This document shows, piece by piece, positions 36,925 to 45,403 of a DNA stretch of 47,122 bases (within the stretch, counting starts at the first letter, position 1; each line of letters opens with the position of its first letter). Location: positions 1 to 47,122 of IMG/VR virus record IMGVR_UViG_3300049143_000042; one strand, 5' to 3'. Both the position numbers and the translations under genes were made by a program. The notes below the pieces were generated by a model. The model was not told the DNA's origin and searched no databases. It saw only the letters and a list, made by a program, of their open reading frames with translations. Source of the stretch: a virus. Taxonomy: Duplodnaviria; Caudoviricetes.

Positions 36925-38325
36925 TCACAGCCAGCGGACCCGCGGCCGACCACCCAGATCCCGCGCGGCGACCATGTACCGCAGGGCGTCCATGGCGTGG
37001 TCGTCCTTCTTCACCGGCTCTTCCTTCAGCCCGCCCGCGTTGCCCGGCTTCACAGCCCAGATGTAACCGCCGACCTCGTCAGTCGTAGACGTCGGGAGCG
37101 ACACCTCGTCCAGCAGCGGGTCCCGCTCGACCAGCGAGTCACGGACGACGAACAGACGCGGCTTGCCGTCGCCGGCGGTCTTGAGTCGGGATTGCACGGC
37201 TTGGATGCCGTCGGACACGGTCTTCTTCGCGGCGGTCGTGCCCAGGCCGAGGTGCTTCTCCAGGGTGGCCCGGTCCTCCGCGTCGTGGTCGCAGATCACC
37301 GCGCGCGGCCGGGGCTCGGTCCACTCCAACACGCACGCCTTGCAGTCGTGGCAGTCGTGGTCGCTGTCCTTCTCCTCGCAGCAGGTCACGCACTTGCGGA
37401 CGATGCGGAGGATCTGCCGAGCGTGGTCCTCGACGAGGCGCTTCGTCCGGTAGATCTCCCGGTACAGGTACAGGCGGCCGTCGTCGTCTTCTGCCCAGCA
37501 CTGAAGGACGAACGGGTTGGTGAACCCGAAGTCCACGGTCCAGTAGCGGGTCCAGGTGTCGGGGATGGTGAACGGGTCGACGAGGTGGACGGCGTCGTCC
37601 CACGTCTCGTAGATCTGCCCTTCGGCTGCGGCCCAGGCGCCGTCGCGCAGCCTGGCCTTGCGCACGCCGGTGAGCTTGTCGAGCTTCGCGAAGTAGTCCC
37701 GGCCCTTGGCCGTAGGCGTGCCGTCGGCGTTCATGTAGGCCGGGTTGTCCCGGTGCCTGGAGGTGAGCATGGTGGCTTCGCCGGTGTCGCAGCGCTGCTT
37801 CAGCCAGTGCGCGGGGTGGGCGGGGTTGCAGGCGGCGATCTGCTGCTGCCAGGCGAGGACGCCGTTGCGGAGGCGGGTGGCAATGGCTTCCCAGTCGGCC
37901 ACGGTGAGTTCGGTGGCTTCGTCGGCGAACACGAGGTCGTACTCCGCTGACATGATCTTCTCGGGCTTGTCCATGCCGCCGACGACGATCACGGATCCGT
38001 TCGAGTATCGGTAGCCAGCGGCCTCGCGAGCGGACCCGCCGAACCAGGTGACGATGCCGCGCGCGAGCGCGTCGGCGGCGACCTTCTTGTCGAACGTCAC
38101 GAGCGTGGTTGAGGTGAGCGACACCGCAGTCTTGCGGACGATCAGGCAGCGGATGTTCGGGTTGTGCAGCGCGGCCAGGTGGACGCGGAACAGGGAGGCG
38201 AGGCTCTTGCCGGTACCGGCCGGGCCGGCCATCACGACCTCGGAGTCTCTGGTCTTGAAGAGCTGCCGGGCCGCGCCGCGGGGCTCGTAGCGGACGATGA
38301 CGTCCTCGTCGAGCGCCGTGGTCAC
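36925..38325 (-). CDS. terL: Terminase large subunit (PBSX-like)
   Basis: Walker A GPAGTGKS, Walker B VFADEATE, CNP, nuclease VDFGFTNP and DDHAMDALRY. Confidence 0.95.
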   Translation of the reverse strand: MTTALDEDVIVRYEPRGAARQLFKTRDSEVVMAGPAGTGKSLASLFRVHLAALHNPNIRCLIVRKTAVSLTSTTLVTFDKKVAADALARGIVTWFGGSAREAAGYRYSNGSVIVVGGMDKPEKIMSAEYDLVFADEATELTVADWEAIATRLRNGVLAWQQQIAACNPAHPAHWLKQRCDTGEATMLTSRHRDNPAYMNADGTPTAKGRDYFAKLDKLTGVRKARLRDGAWAAAEGQIYETWDDAVHLVDPFTIPDTWTRYWTVDFGFTNPFVLQCWAEDDDGRLYLYREIYRTKRLVEDHARQILRIVRKCVTCCEEKDSDHDCHDCKACVLEWTEPRPRAVICDHDAEDRATLEKHLGLGTTAAKKTVSDGIQAVQSRLKTAGDGKPRLFVVRDSLVERDPLLDEVSLPTSTTDEVGGYIWAVKPGNAGGLKEEPVKKDDHAMDALRYMVAARDLGGRPRVRWL

Positions 38326-38846
38326 GAGAGGTCTTCGGGGTCGATACCAACGACCTCGTACCGGACGCCGCCGGAGTGTTCGACCTTCGCGGGCTGCTGC
38401 AGGCCATGCAGCTTCTGGTACTGGTCGCGGATACGGAGCGCAGCCTGGAGGGCTTGGAGGCGCGGCCCGTCGTCGAGGAGGGGCTGACCGTCTTCGCCAC
38501 AGACGACACGGCCGTGCGAGACCATGACGTGGTTCCGCTCGATGATCTCCATGGCCATGACGTACAGAGTGTCGAGCTCCTCCGACTCCACCTGCCTCAA
38601 CTTCGTCACGGCCGGCAGCGCGACGTCGCGCTTCGCCGATTGGATGCCGCGCCAGGCCTGGGAGCGGTCGTAGTAGCCGAAGCGGTCGGCGATCTCCTGG
38701 TACGTGCAGCGGTGTTCGGCCCAGTAGGCGGCGGCTTCGGCGTCGCGCTGCACGTTGTCCATGCTGCGGACGTAGCGGCCGTTCCCGTTGCGGGGGCGTT
38801 CCAGGTAGTCGTGCTCGTTGGGCTCGGGCTGCTCGTCGTTGGCCAC
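38322..38846 (-). CDS. terS: Terminase small subunit
   Basis: HTH TYQEIADRFGY; KLHGL..PAKVEHSG; overlaps the terL start. Confidence 0.78.
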   Translation of the reverse strand: MANDEQPEPNEHDYLERPRNGNGRYVRSMDNVQRDAEAAAYWAEHRCTYQEIADRFGYYDRSQAWRGIQSAKRDVALPAVTKLRQVESEELDTLYVMAMEIIERNHVMVSHGRVVCGEDGQPLLDDGPRLQALQAALRIRDQYQKLHGLQQPAKVEHSGGVRYEVVGIDPEDLS

Positions 38847-38943
38847 CGTTGCCCCCTTCCCTGGTGGTGGTGTTACTGGATGGCGTGCTTTGATGGTAAC
38901 GATGCGTGCAACCGGGGTGGCGGCCATACGGCGGCGCGCAGCA

Positions 38944-38992
38944 CGAAGGCCCGGCTCCCCCTACGGGCGTGAGGGGTAGAGCCGGGCCTTCG
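38944..38992. terminator. Hairpin upstream of the packaging operon
   Basis: CGAAGGCCCGGCTC...GAGCCGGGCCTTCG inverted repeat. Confidence 0.65.
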
Positions 38993-39003
38993 CGTGTACG
39001 AGG

Positions 39004-39378
39004 TCAGTCCTCGTCGGGCCAGACGATGCGGGGCGTCACCTTCACGGCGCGCCCGTCGCGGATGACGACCCGCCACAGGTCCCCGTTCTCCTCGCCCTCG
39101 CAGTCCAGGCGGCCGGTGAACGTGTGACCAGGGAAAGCGTCGATGACCTGCTGAATGTGGTCGACGAGGTGATACGCCTTGTACCGCTCCTCCCAGCTCG
39201 GGACGAGGGCGGGCGCGGTCTTCCGCATGAGCGGGCCGTCGTCGGTGTCGACGGTCTCGGCGTCGATGCGGAGCTTCACGTCCATGTCGTCGCCCGCGAA
39301 CGGACTGTCCTTGAACTCGCGCCAGGTCAGCGGCGGCTCGATGCGGATCTCTCCGTCGACGGAGGTGTTGTAGCCCAT
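39004..39378 (-). CDS. DUF6205-like hypothetical protein
   Basis: MGYNTSVDGEIRIEPPLTW...FTGRLDCEGEE.GDLWR pattern. Confidence 0.7.
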   Translation of the reverse strand: MGYNTSVDGEIRIEPPLTWREFKDSPFAGDDMDVKLRIDAETVDTDDGPLMRKTAPALVPSWEERYKAYHLVDHIQQVIDAFPGHTFTGRLDCEGEENGDLWRVVIRDGRAVKVTPRIVWPDED

Positions 39379-39423
39379 GGGGGCGGTCCTTTCGGTGGCG
39401 GTGGGTTGAGCGTAGGGCGGAGG

Positions 39424-39654
39424 TCAAGCAGCGGCGTCGAGCGGCTTGTCGAGCCAGCCGGCGAACTCAGCGACCGTGGTGGCGGCCTCACCACCGTCGG
39501 CGGCGATGTACTCGAAAGCGATCTCATGACGGGGCTGGTCCGAGTCGAACGGCGTCAGGTTGAGGAGCCAGCCCTCGATGAGGATCCGGTCGTCGGGAAG
39601 GACGCGGGTGGTGACGAAGCCGCCCGGGCACTGGGTGAAGGCGGGCACGTCCAT
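39424..39654 (-). CDS. Hypothetical protein (76 aa)
   Basis: AGGAG RBS after the WYL gene. Confidence 0.6.
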   Translation of the reverse strand: MDVPAFTQCPGGFVTTRVLPDDRILIEGWLLNLTPFDSDQPRHEIAFEYIAADGGEAATTVAEFAGWLDKPLDAAA

Positions 39655-39663
39655 GCGGGTCTC

Positions 39664-40083
39664 CTAGGCGGCGAGGGCGTCGGCGAGCAGGTCGATGCGG
39701 GCGGTGATGGGCAGGTCGACCGGGTACAGCACGGTGACGGTGGCGAGGCCCCGCGCGGGCCGGGCCGGCTTCTCGTCGGCGGCCGGGCGGGCGACGGTGT
39801 AGGCGCTGCGGTGGGTGGTGTACGAGACGAGCCGGTCGAGGCGGAAGGTGCGGGCCTCCCCCGTCTCACGGTCCATGCCCTTCAGGAGGATGTCGCCGGC
39901 GGCGGAGACGACCACGTCGTACAGCTCGATGGTGCGGACGGTCTCGACGAGGCGGCCGGTCTTGCGGCCGGTGTCGTCCTTCTCCTCCTTCAGGTAGGCG
40001 ATGGTGACGGGCTGGTGCTTGTCGAGGGCGGTGATGAGGCGGGTGAGGGTCTGGGTGCTGGTCTCGCGTGCGGTGTGCCTCAT
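39664..40083 (-). CDS. Stand-alone WYL-domain protein
   Basis: PVTIAY...RTIELY...DRETGEARTFRLDRL; GAGGGGG RBS. Confidence 0.8.
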   Translation of the reverse strand: MRHTARETSTQTLTRLITALDKHQPVTIAYLKEEKDDTGRKTGRLVETVRTIELYDVVVSAAGDILLKGMDRETGEARTFRLDRLVSYTTHRSAYTVARPAADEKPARPARGLATVTVLYPVDLPITARIDLLADALAA

Positions 40084-40119
40084 CGTGTCCCCCTCGTTCG
40101 CTTCCTTGTGACACCCATG

Positions 40120-40171
40120 TTGGCCTACTCGGTAGGCCATGTCAATAGGCTTGGCCTAGTCGGTTGGCCAA
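40120..40171. promoter_or_regulatory. Two 21-bp palindromic operators flanking a TTGACA
   Basis: TTGGCCTACTCGGTAGGCCAT (40120-40140) and TTGGCCTAGTCGGTTGGCCAA (40151-40171); minus-strand TTGACA at 40145-40140. Confidence 0.7.
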
Positions 40172-40192
40172 TCGTGTGGGAGACTGGACGAC

Positions 40193-40405
40193 ATGGACAC
40201 CGTCAAGCTCGAACTCGCAGCCCAGCGCTACCGAGAGGCCGAGACCGCCCTCGAAGCGGCCCGCAGCGACCTGCAGTCAGAAGCCGTCGCCTTCCTCCGC
40301 GAGACCGACGAACGCGGCGCACAGGCCACCGTCGTCCGCATCACCGGCTGGACCCGCGAGTACCTCCGCCGACTGGTCAAGAGCAGCGAGGAGAAGAGCG
40401 CGTGA
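40193..40405 (+). CDS. Small HTH DNA-binding protein (70 aa)
   Basis: QATVVRITGWTREYLRRL C-terminal HTH; divergent from the WYL gene. Confidence 0.75.
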   Translation: MDTVKLELAAQRYREAETALEAARSDLQSEAVAFLRETDERGAQATVVRITGWTREYLRRLVKSSEEKSA

Positions 40406-40578
40406 GCGAGGCGCAGCGCCGAGAGGAACTCTGCCCGGCCTGCCTTGCGTTCCCCGGCGAGCACGACCGGCGCGTGGTCGTCGGCTGGCCGGATGGCAGG
40501 TCGCTACAGACGTGGCACAAGGACGACTGCCCGCTCGCAAATCAGCCGCCCTCGATCGACGAGGAACCCTCGGCATGA
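40402..40578 (+). CDS. Small Cys/His protein (58 aa)
   Basis: GTGA overlap; CPAC...H...C. Confidence 0.5.
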   Translation: MSEAQRREELCPACLAFPGEHDRRVVVGWPDGRSLQTWHKDDCPLANQPPSIDEEPSA

Positions 40579-40580
40579 TG

Positions 40581-40611
40581 AAGGCCCCGCCCGGAACTCC
40601 GGTGCGGGGCC
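40581..40611. terminator. Hairpin
   Basis: AGGCCCCGC-CCGGAACTCCGG-TGCGGGGCCT. Confidence 0.6.
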
Positions 40612-40800
40612 TCGCTGCACGGGCGCGGCGGTTGTGCCGGTCGAAGCTCGCAGCTCACTTCCCGCACAACCGCCGCTGCCGCGACGCTACGCCCACCCGG
40701 CCGCGCCTGCCAAGATCCCCGACCAGCGAATCTGCCTCAACCCCTCCTCGCCGCGCCGCGCGTGATCTACCCTCACCGCACCACCAAGGGGGGTACCACC

Positions 40801-41271
40801 ATGCACAGAACCAGAACGATCACCGTTCTCGCCGCGCTCATCCTCGCTGGCACGACCGCCTGCTCCAGCGGCAGCGACAGCAGCGACGCGAAGCCGAGCA
40901 CCAGCGCGACGGCAGGGAAGCTGTCCGCCGAGCTCGCGCCGAAGTTGGAGACGGCCACCAAGGCGGACCCAGCGGTCTGCAACCAGGTCGGGGATCAGGC
41001 GTGCGCCGAGCACCTGACCGACATCGCCCTGGCAGTCACCGACCTGGAGCAAGCCCTGCCGGGGGCCGGCGGCGCGGACGCGTACCCGAGGACGTCGGCC
41101 GAGGTTATGAAGATCAATGCGGCGGTCGACGCATACACGGAGCACGAGTGCCTGGGCGACGAGAACGCGGCCATCACGGGGTCGCCGTGCCCGGACGACG
41201 CGCAGGCCATCATGACGGGCGCGGCCAAGCTGCCGTCGCTGATGGAAGTCGACGAGGCGAAGAACGGATAG
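40801..41271 (+). CDS. Secreted lipoprotein (156 aa)
   Basis: MHRTRTITVLAALILAGTTA-C lipobox-like signal, Ser/Thr linker, four further Cys. Confidence 0.8.
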   Translation: MHRTRTITVLAALILAGTTACSSGSDSSDAKPSTSATAGKLSAELAPKLETATKADPAVCNQVGDQACAEHLTDIALAVTDLEQALPGAGGADAYPRTSAEVMKINAAVDAYTEHECLGDENAAITGSPCPDDAQAIMTGAAKLPSLMEVDEAKNG

Positions 41272-41325
41272 CCCGTCCGGGGAGAACCGGTACCGCGCCC
41301 GTTCCGGTAACGGCACACTGTGGCC

Positions 41326-41508
41326 ATGGCGATCAGGGCGAGTATCCAGGCGGACAGTGAGGACGAGTGCGTCGAGGGCCTGGCGAAGTTGGTCGATGCC
41401 GGGTTCCTGCCGGTGATGACGCCGCGGTTCATGACGGACGGCCGGTGGATGGCCCGCGCTGTCCCCTCCCCCGCAGTCGCGCGGCGGCCCGAGCCGGTCG
41501 AGGGATAG
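41326..41508 (+). CDS. Small hypothetical protein (60 aa)
   Basis: MAIRASIQADSEDECVEGL...GRWMARA; CACACT 6 nt upstream. Confidence 0.55.
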   Translation: MAIRASIQADSEDECVEGLAKLVDAGFLPVMTPRFMTDGRWMARAVPSPAVARRPEPVEG

Positions 41509-41510
41509 GC

Positions 41511-41546
41511 GAAGGCCCCGCCTCGGGGGGGTGCGGCGGGGCCTTC
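41511..41546. terminator. Hairpin ending the transfer operon and the convergent genes
   Basis: GAAGGCCCCGCC...GGCGGGGCCTTC. Confidence 0.65.
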
Positions 41547-41601
41547 TGGGGGTGCAACTCGGCGCTCGAAACCCAGGTGCACTCTCACTATCGCAGGGCT
41601 G

Positions 41602-42045
41602 TCAACCGAGGTTCGTCGTGTTCTTCCCGAACCATCGGGCGTGGTTGTGGACGGTCTGCTGTACCTGCACCGACGGACGCGACGCGCGGGCCAGCAGCCA
41701 GAGCGCCAGCATCACCACCGCTGCCGTGCTGCCACCGAACGTCGCAATCCCCGCGGCGGCCTGCCCGATCCCCCAGCCGACGCCCGCGCCCGCCGTTCCG
41801 GCGCCGACGCCGGCGGCGGCCAGGCGCTGCGCCAGCGGATCGATGAGCGGCTGCGGCGTGAGGTCCCGCGGCGCCGTCGCGGCCACCGGCTGGAGCGCGG
41901 AGCGGCGGACCGCGACCGAACGGGACGGGTCGTAGGGGTCGGGGACGTGGACGATCGGGTCGTGCTCGTCGTACAGCTCGACCGACGCGGGGCCCGCGGC
42001 CGGACCGACGTAGGGCTGGTACCGCTGCGGCAGCGGGCTCGTCAT
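41602..42045 (-). CDS. Spd-like membrane protein downstream of traB (147 aa)
   Basis: AAGGAGG RBS, coupled to the traB stop; Pro-rich N-terminus, Gly/Ala-rich hydrophobic C-terminus. Confidence 0.65.
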   Translation of the reverse strand: MTSPLPQRYQPYVGPAAGPASVELYDEHDPIVHVPDPYDPSRSVAVRRSALQPVAATAPRDLTPQPLIDPLAQRLAAAGVGAGTAGAGVGWGIGQAAAGIATFGGSTAAVVMLALWLLARASRPSVQVQQTVHNHARWFGKNTTNLG

Positions 42046-43979
42046 CACGCCTCCTTGGGCAGGTAGTAGCGGGTGGCGCGCCCATCGCGCCGGTCCAAGA
42101 CTCCGTGCCGGGTCCACTCCTCAATGGCGCGCATCGCCGTGTCCCGGGAGATCCCCGCCGTCTGGGCAAGTTCCTTCTTCGTGGCGCCGTCCTCCATGCC
42201 GGCGAACAGGCGGTACAGGTCCGGCCACTGGTCCTTGCCGACCTGGCTGCCGTCGGGGAAACGGAGCGGCGCGAACGCCTCCACCCACGGCTCGTCGGTG
42301 ATCGCGGGCTGCGGCTCCGTGTCGCGGACGTCGCTGTAGTAGAAACCCACCTCTTCGGCGATGTCGATGTCGGACACGTACTCGGCCCGGTACACGCGGG
42401 GCGTGTCGTGCTCGGGTGTCTGGGCGAGGAACTTGCCCGGCAGGTCCAGGGCCTCGGGTCGCCAGCCCTTCGACTGGCAGCCTGCGCCGAAGATGAACGG
42501 GGCGTGCCCGGCCTCGCCGGCGCGGGTGCTGACGCGGTTGGCGTAGTTGCCGCGGGCGTCGGTGCTGCCGCCGAAGACCTTCCGGCTGGGCTGCTGTGTC
42601 GCGCTGACGAACTGGATGGCAAGGAACCGGGCGATCGCGAGGAGCGATTCGTACAGCTCGGCCAGTTCCTTGTCCTGCCGGACCAGCTCGGCCAGCTCGT
42701 CCGTCACCACGAAGATGGCGTTGCCGTGCTCCCCCGGCACCCACTTGCGGACCGGGCCCCGGCCCTCGGCCATGGCCTTCCGGGACAGCTCGGCCAGGAT
42801 CGCGCCGCGCCGGTCGCACTCGCCGCGTATCCACTCCAGCAGGGCCCGCGCGTCCTCGGCGTCCCGGGCCAGAGCCTTCATCCGGCCCGCCCACGGCCCG
42901 AGCTCGGGCGCGCCCGGCTTCATGTCGATGCCGTACAGATCGACGTCGTCGCACCGGTTGAGCCGCTTCAGGATCAGGTTGACGATGCCGGACTTCCCCC
43001 AGTCGGAGGCGCCGGCGACGAGGGTGTGCCGGTAGAGGAGGCGCAGCAGGAACGCCTGCCCGTCCTCGTCGCGGCCGAGGAGGACGGGCTCGCGGCAGGT
43101 GGTGACGCCGGTGTCCGTGACCTCGAGCGTCTCGGCGAGGGCATCCGACATGGCGACCTTCACGATCAGGTCGTTGGCGTCGGGGCCCTCGGCGAGGGTG
43201 AGCCGGCCGGGCACGCCCATGTTCGCCTGGAGCTGCGCAGCGCGTTTGACGAGGGCGCCGGGGGCGATGTTCCGGCCGGGCGGGGTCTTGAGGAGGCAGG
43301 ACCAGGAGCCGTCGGGGCCGCGGTGGAAGGCGTGGACGGCGAGGGGGACGGCGCCGGTGAGGGCGTGGAAGCCTCGGCGCAGCGCGGTCTCCTCGGGCGA
43401 CGCGCCGGTGAGGCCGGGGTCGGCGGCTTCCAGGCCGATCGCGGCGGGCACGGCACCCTTGGCCTTGACCGTGTCGACGTGCAGCTTCAGCCGGGCGTTC
43501 CGCTGGGTGGCGAGCCACGGCCCGTACACCCCGTATGCGGCGCCGGTGGACAGAGCCCAGGCGGTGATGGTGGGCCAGGAGAACCCGGCGGCAACCGCGG
43601 TGGTGATGTCTCCGAGGGCGAGGAAGCCGCCCGCGCCGACGTGCGTGACGAGCGGGTTCTTGTGCCGCAGGCCGAGAACAGCGGCGGCCCCGGACCCGGC
43701 GGCGAGCGTGCCGTAGGCGAGGGCCGGGCCGACGCCGTCCTGCGCCAGACCGAGGATCGTGAGGGCGGCGGTACCGCCGACGGGGGCCAGTTCGTAGCGG
43801 CGCCGGGACAGCCACCGGCCCATGGTGGTGGCGCAGTACAGGCAGCGCTGCCAGGCGCGTGATGACGACGACGATGACGACGACGGCCGTGACCTGGGGA
43901 TTTGGTAGGTCGGTGACTGTGCGCCGGTCGTCGTCATCGTCATGGGGATCGGCGTGTACACCGGGGGCTGGACGGTCAT
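42045..43979 (-). CDS. traB: TraB-like FtsK/SpoIIIE DNA translocase (644 aa)
   Basis: N-terminal TM segments, Walker A GASDWGKS, IDMK, Walker B FVVTDELAEL, IARFLAIQFVSATQQP, C-terminal wHTH ATKKELAQTAGISRDTAMRAI; ATGA overlap fixes the start. Confidence 0.85.
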   Translation of the reverse strand: MTVQPPVYTPIPMTMTTTGAQSPTYQIPRSRPSSSSSSSSRAWQRCLYCATTMGRWLSRRRYELAPVGGTAALTILGLAQDGVGPALAYGTLAAGSGAAAVLGLRHKNPLVTHVGAGGFLALGDITTAVAAGFSWPTITAWALSTGAAYGVYGPWLATQRNARLKLHVDTVKAKGAVPAAIGLEAADPGLTGASPEETALRRGFHALTGAVPLAVHAFHRGPDGSWSCLLKTPPGRNIAPGALVKRAAQLQANMGVPGRLTLAEGPDANDLIVKVAMSDALAETLEVTDTGVTTCREPVLLGRDEDGQAFLLRLLYRHTLVAGASDWGKSGIVNLILKRLNRCDDVDLYGIDMKPGAPELGPWAGRMKALARDAEDARALLEWIRGECDRRGAILAELSRKAMAEGRGPVRKWVPGEHGNAIFVVTDELAELVRQDKELAELYESLLAIARFLAIQFVSATQQPSRKVFGGSTDARGNYANRVSTRAGEAGHAPFIFGAGCQSKGWRPEALDLPGKFLAQTPEHDTPRVYRAEYVSDIDIAEEVGFYYSDVRDTEPQPAITDEPWVEAFAPLRFPDGSQVGKDQWPDLYRLFAGMEDGATKKELAQTAGISRDTAMRAIEEWTRHGVLDRRDGRATRYYLPKEA

Positions 43980-44275
43980 GAGAGGGCCTTCGCGGTGTAG
44001 AGAGCGCCGTTGGCGCTGGTGGTAAGGATCCACAGAGCAACGTCGATCACGCGCCGCGCGGTGCGCAGGAGCAGGGCGAGGGCGGCGGCGAGGAGCAGGA
44101 CGGACGCTCCGATGCTGCGGAGGACGGGCGCGCCGGTGCCGTGGGCAAGGGTGGCGACGGCCGCCGCGTATCCGCAGGCGGCGGCGAGTGCGGGGTGGGT
44201 GGGGAACCATCCGGCGGTGACGATCGCCGCGATGAGGCCGGCGATCGTGGCGAGGATGAGGGTGGGCCTGGTCAT
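43976..44275 (-). CDS. Small multi-TM protein (99 aa), Spd-like
   Basis: Almost entirely hydrophobic; coupled between the spdB-like gene and traB. Confidence 0.7.
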   Translation of the reverse strand: MTRPTLILATIAGLIAAIVTAGWFPTHPALAAACGYAAAVATLAHGTGAPVLRSIGASVLLLAAALALLLRTARRVIDVALWILTTSANGALYTAKALS

Positions 44276-45240
44276 CCGTAGCCTCCTTCCATTTCCTTGC
44301 GGCGGGCGCGGCGGACGGCGGCGGCGACGCTTTCGCGGTTGGCGTCGGGGCGGACGGCGAGCACGGCGCGGACGGCGGTGGCGTTGTCGGTGGTGCTCGC
44401 GATCTGTTCGCGAACGAGGTCGGCGATGCTCGGCTGTTCGGTGTTCGGGCCGGGCGGGTTCGTGTTCGGCTGGAGCTGCTCGCGATCGGCGTTCGGGCTG
44501 GTGGTCGCCTTGTTCGCCACGTGTTCGCGGATCGTGTTCGCGGGGCTGGCGATCGTGTTCGCGATCGGGTTCGGGCTGCTCGCCGCGTGTTCGTGTTCGG
44601 GCGCGGCCGGGATGTTCGCGGGCGCCGTGTTCGGCTCGGGCCGCAAGTTCGCGGGCAGCGCGATCGGGGTTCGCCGGTACAGCTCGGACTGCTTCTCCAG
44701 CCGCTCCAAGCCGATCTCGAAGTCGGTCTCGTCACGGGCGAGGGTGACGCTGGCCTCCGCACGGATCCGGGCGATCTGCGCCTGCGCGCGGGCATCGAGC
44801 ATCCCGGCCTCGTGGGTGGAGTCCCGCATCACGGCGTGCAGCTCGGCGAGCTGCTCGACTGTGGGTGCGGTCGGGTCCTTCATCGCTTCGAGGGCGAACT
44901 CCCACACGATCTTCCCAACGAGGACGACGAACGGTCCGGCGATGGCCTGCGCCCGGCCGCCGACGTCCAGGCCGTGGAAGACGAGGAGGACGGCGACGCC
45001 GACGGCGATCAGCCAGCCGGCCACGGGGGCGGCCCAGCGGCGTCCGGCGATGGTGATGCCGCGGGCCTGCGCCCAGAGGACGGTGATCCAGCCGATGTCG
45101 CCGGCGATAGCGACGGAGAGTCCGAACTTCCCGGAGTGCATGAGGTCGGTGATGGCGTAGCCGGACCAGATGAGAGAGAGGACGGCGAGGAGGCCAGCGC
45201 CGTAGAGGATGGGCGGCCTGTCGGGGGTGGGCGTCTTCAC
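44272..45240 (-). CDS. SpdB-like spreading protein (4 TM, coiled-coil, repeat linker, C-terminal helical domain)
   Basis: Four hydrophobic helices, a coiled-coil, a PN/AN/EH repeat linker and a basic C-terminus; upstream of traB. Confidence 0.7.
   Translation of the reverse strand: MKTPTPDRPPILYGAGLLAVLSLIWSGYAITDLMHSGKFGLSVAIAGDIGWITVLWAQARGITIAGRRWAAPVAGWLIAVGVAVLLVFHGLDVGGRAQAIAGPFVVLVGKIVWEFALEAMKDPTAPTVEQLAELHAVMRDSTHEAGMLDARAQAQIARIRAEASVTLARDETDFEIGLERLEKQSELYRRTPIALPANLRPEPNTAPANIPAAPEHEHAASSPNPIANTIASPANTIREHVANKATTSPNADREQLQPNTNPPGPNTEQPSIADLVREQIASTTDNATAVRAVLAVRPDANRESVAAAVRRARRKEMEGGYG
44406..44673 (+). repeat. Polar array of 17 GTTCG repeats (8 as GTGTTCG); candidate clt
   Basis: Starts at 44406, 44436, 44443, 44458, 44464, 44491, 44512, 44523, 44536, 44557, 44569, 44589, 44595, 44614, 44629, 44647, 44669; one reverse copy at 44411. 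Confidence 0.8.
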
Positions 45241-45403
45241 GGGTTGCTCCGGGTGCGTCGACGGTGGCGGTGGGGGCGCGCCAGGCGAAGGCGGCGAGGG
45301 CGGCGGTGATGAGGGCGGGCCAGGTCTGGCCGGTGGTGGCGGCGAGGAGCGCGCAGGCGGTGAAGCCCCATCTGGCGAGTGGGCTGTGGAAGGGGCGTCG
45401 CAT
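45237..45403 (-). pseudogene. Small TM-protein gene with an apparent 1-bp deletion
   Basis: GAGGAG RBS, MRRPFHSPLARWGFTACALLAA...; one extra base in the G5 run at 45272-45276 would end the ORF at the TGA overlapping the spdB-like GTG. Confidence 0.45.

Noticed and set aside
44406-44673. GTTCG array as LexA boxes or a CRISPR array
   Set aside because: The copies are direct, not inverted CGAAC-N4-GTTCG pairs, and they are short and irregularly spaced with no spacer structure or cas genes.
42045-44795. 916-aa version of the FtsK ORF in the track
   Set aside because: The upstream part overlaps two better genes; the ATGA overlap places the start at 43979.
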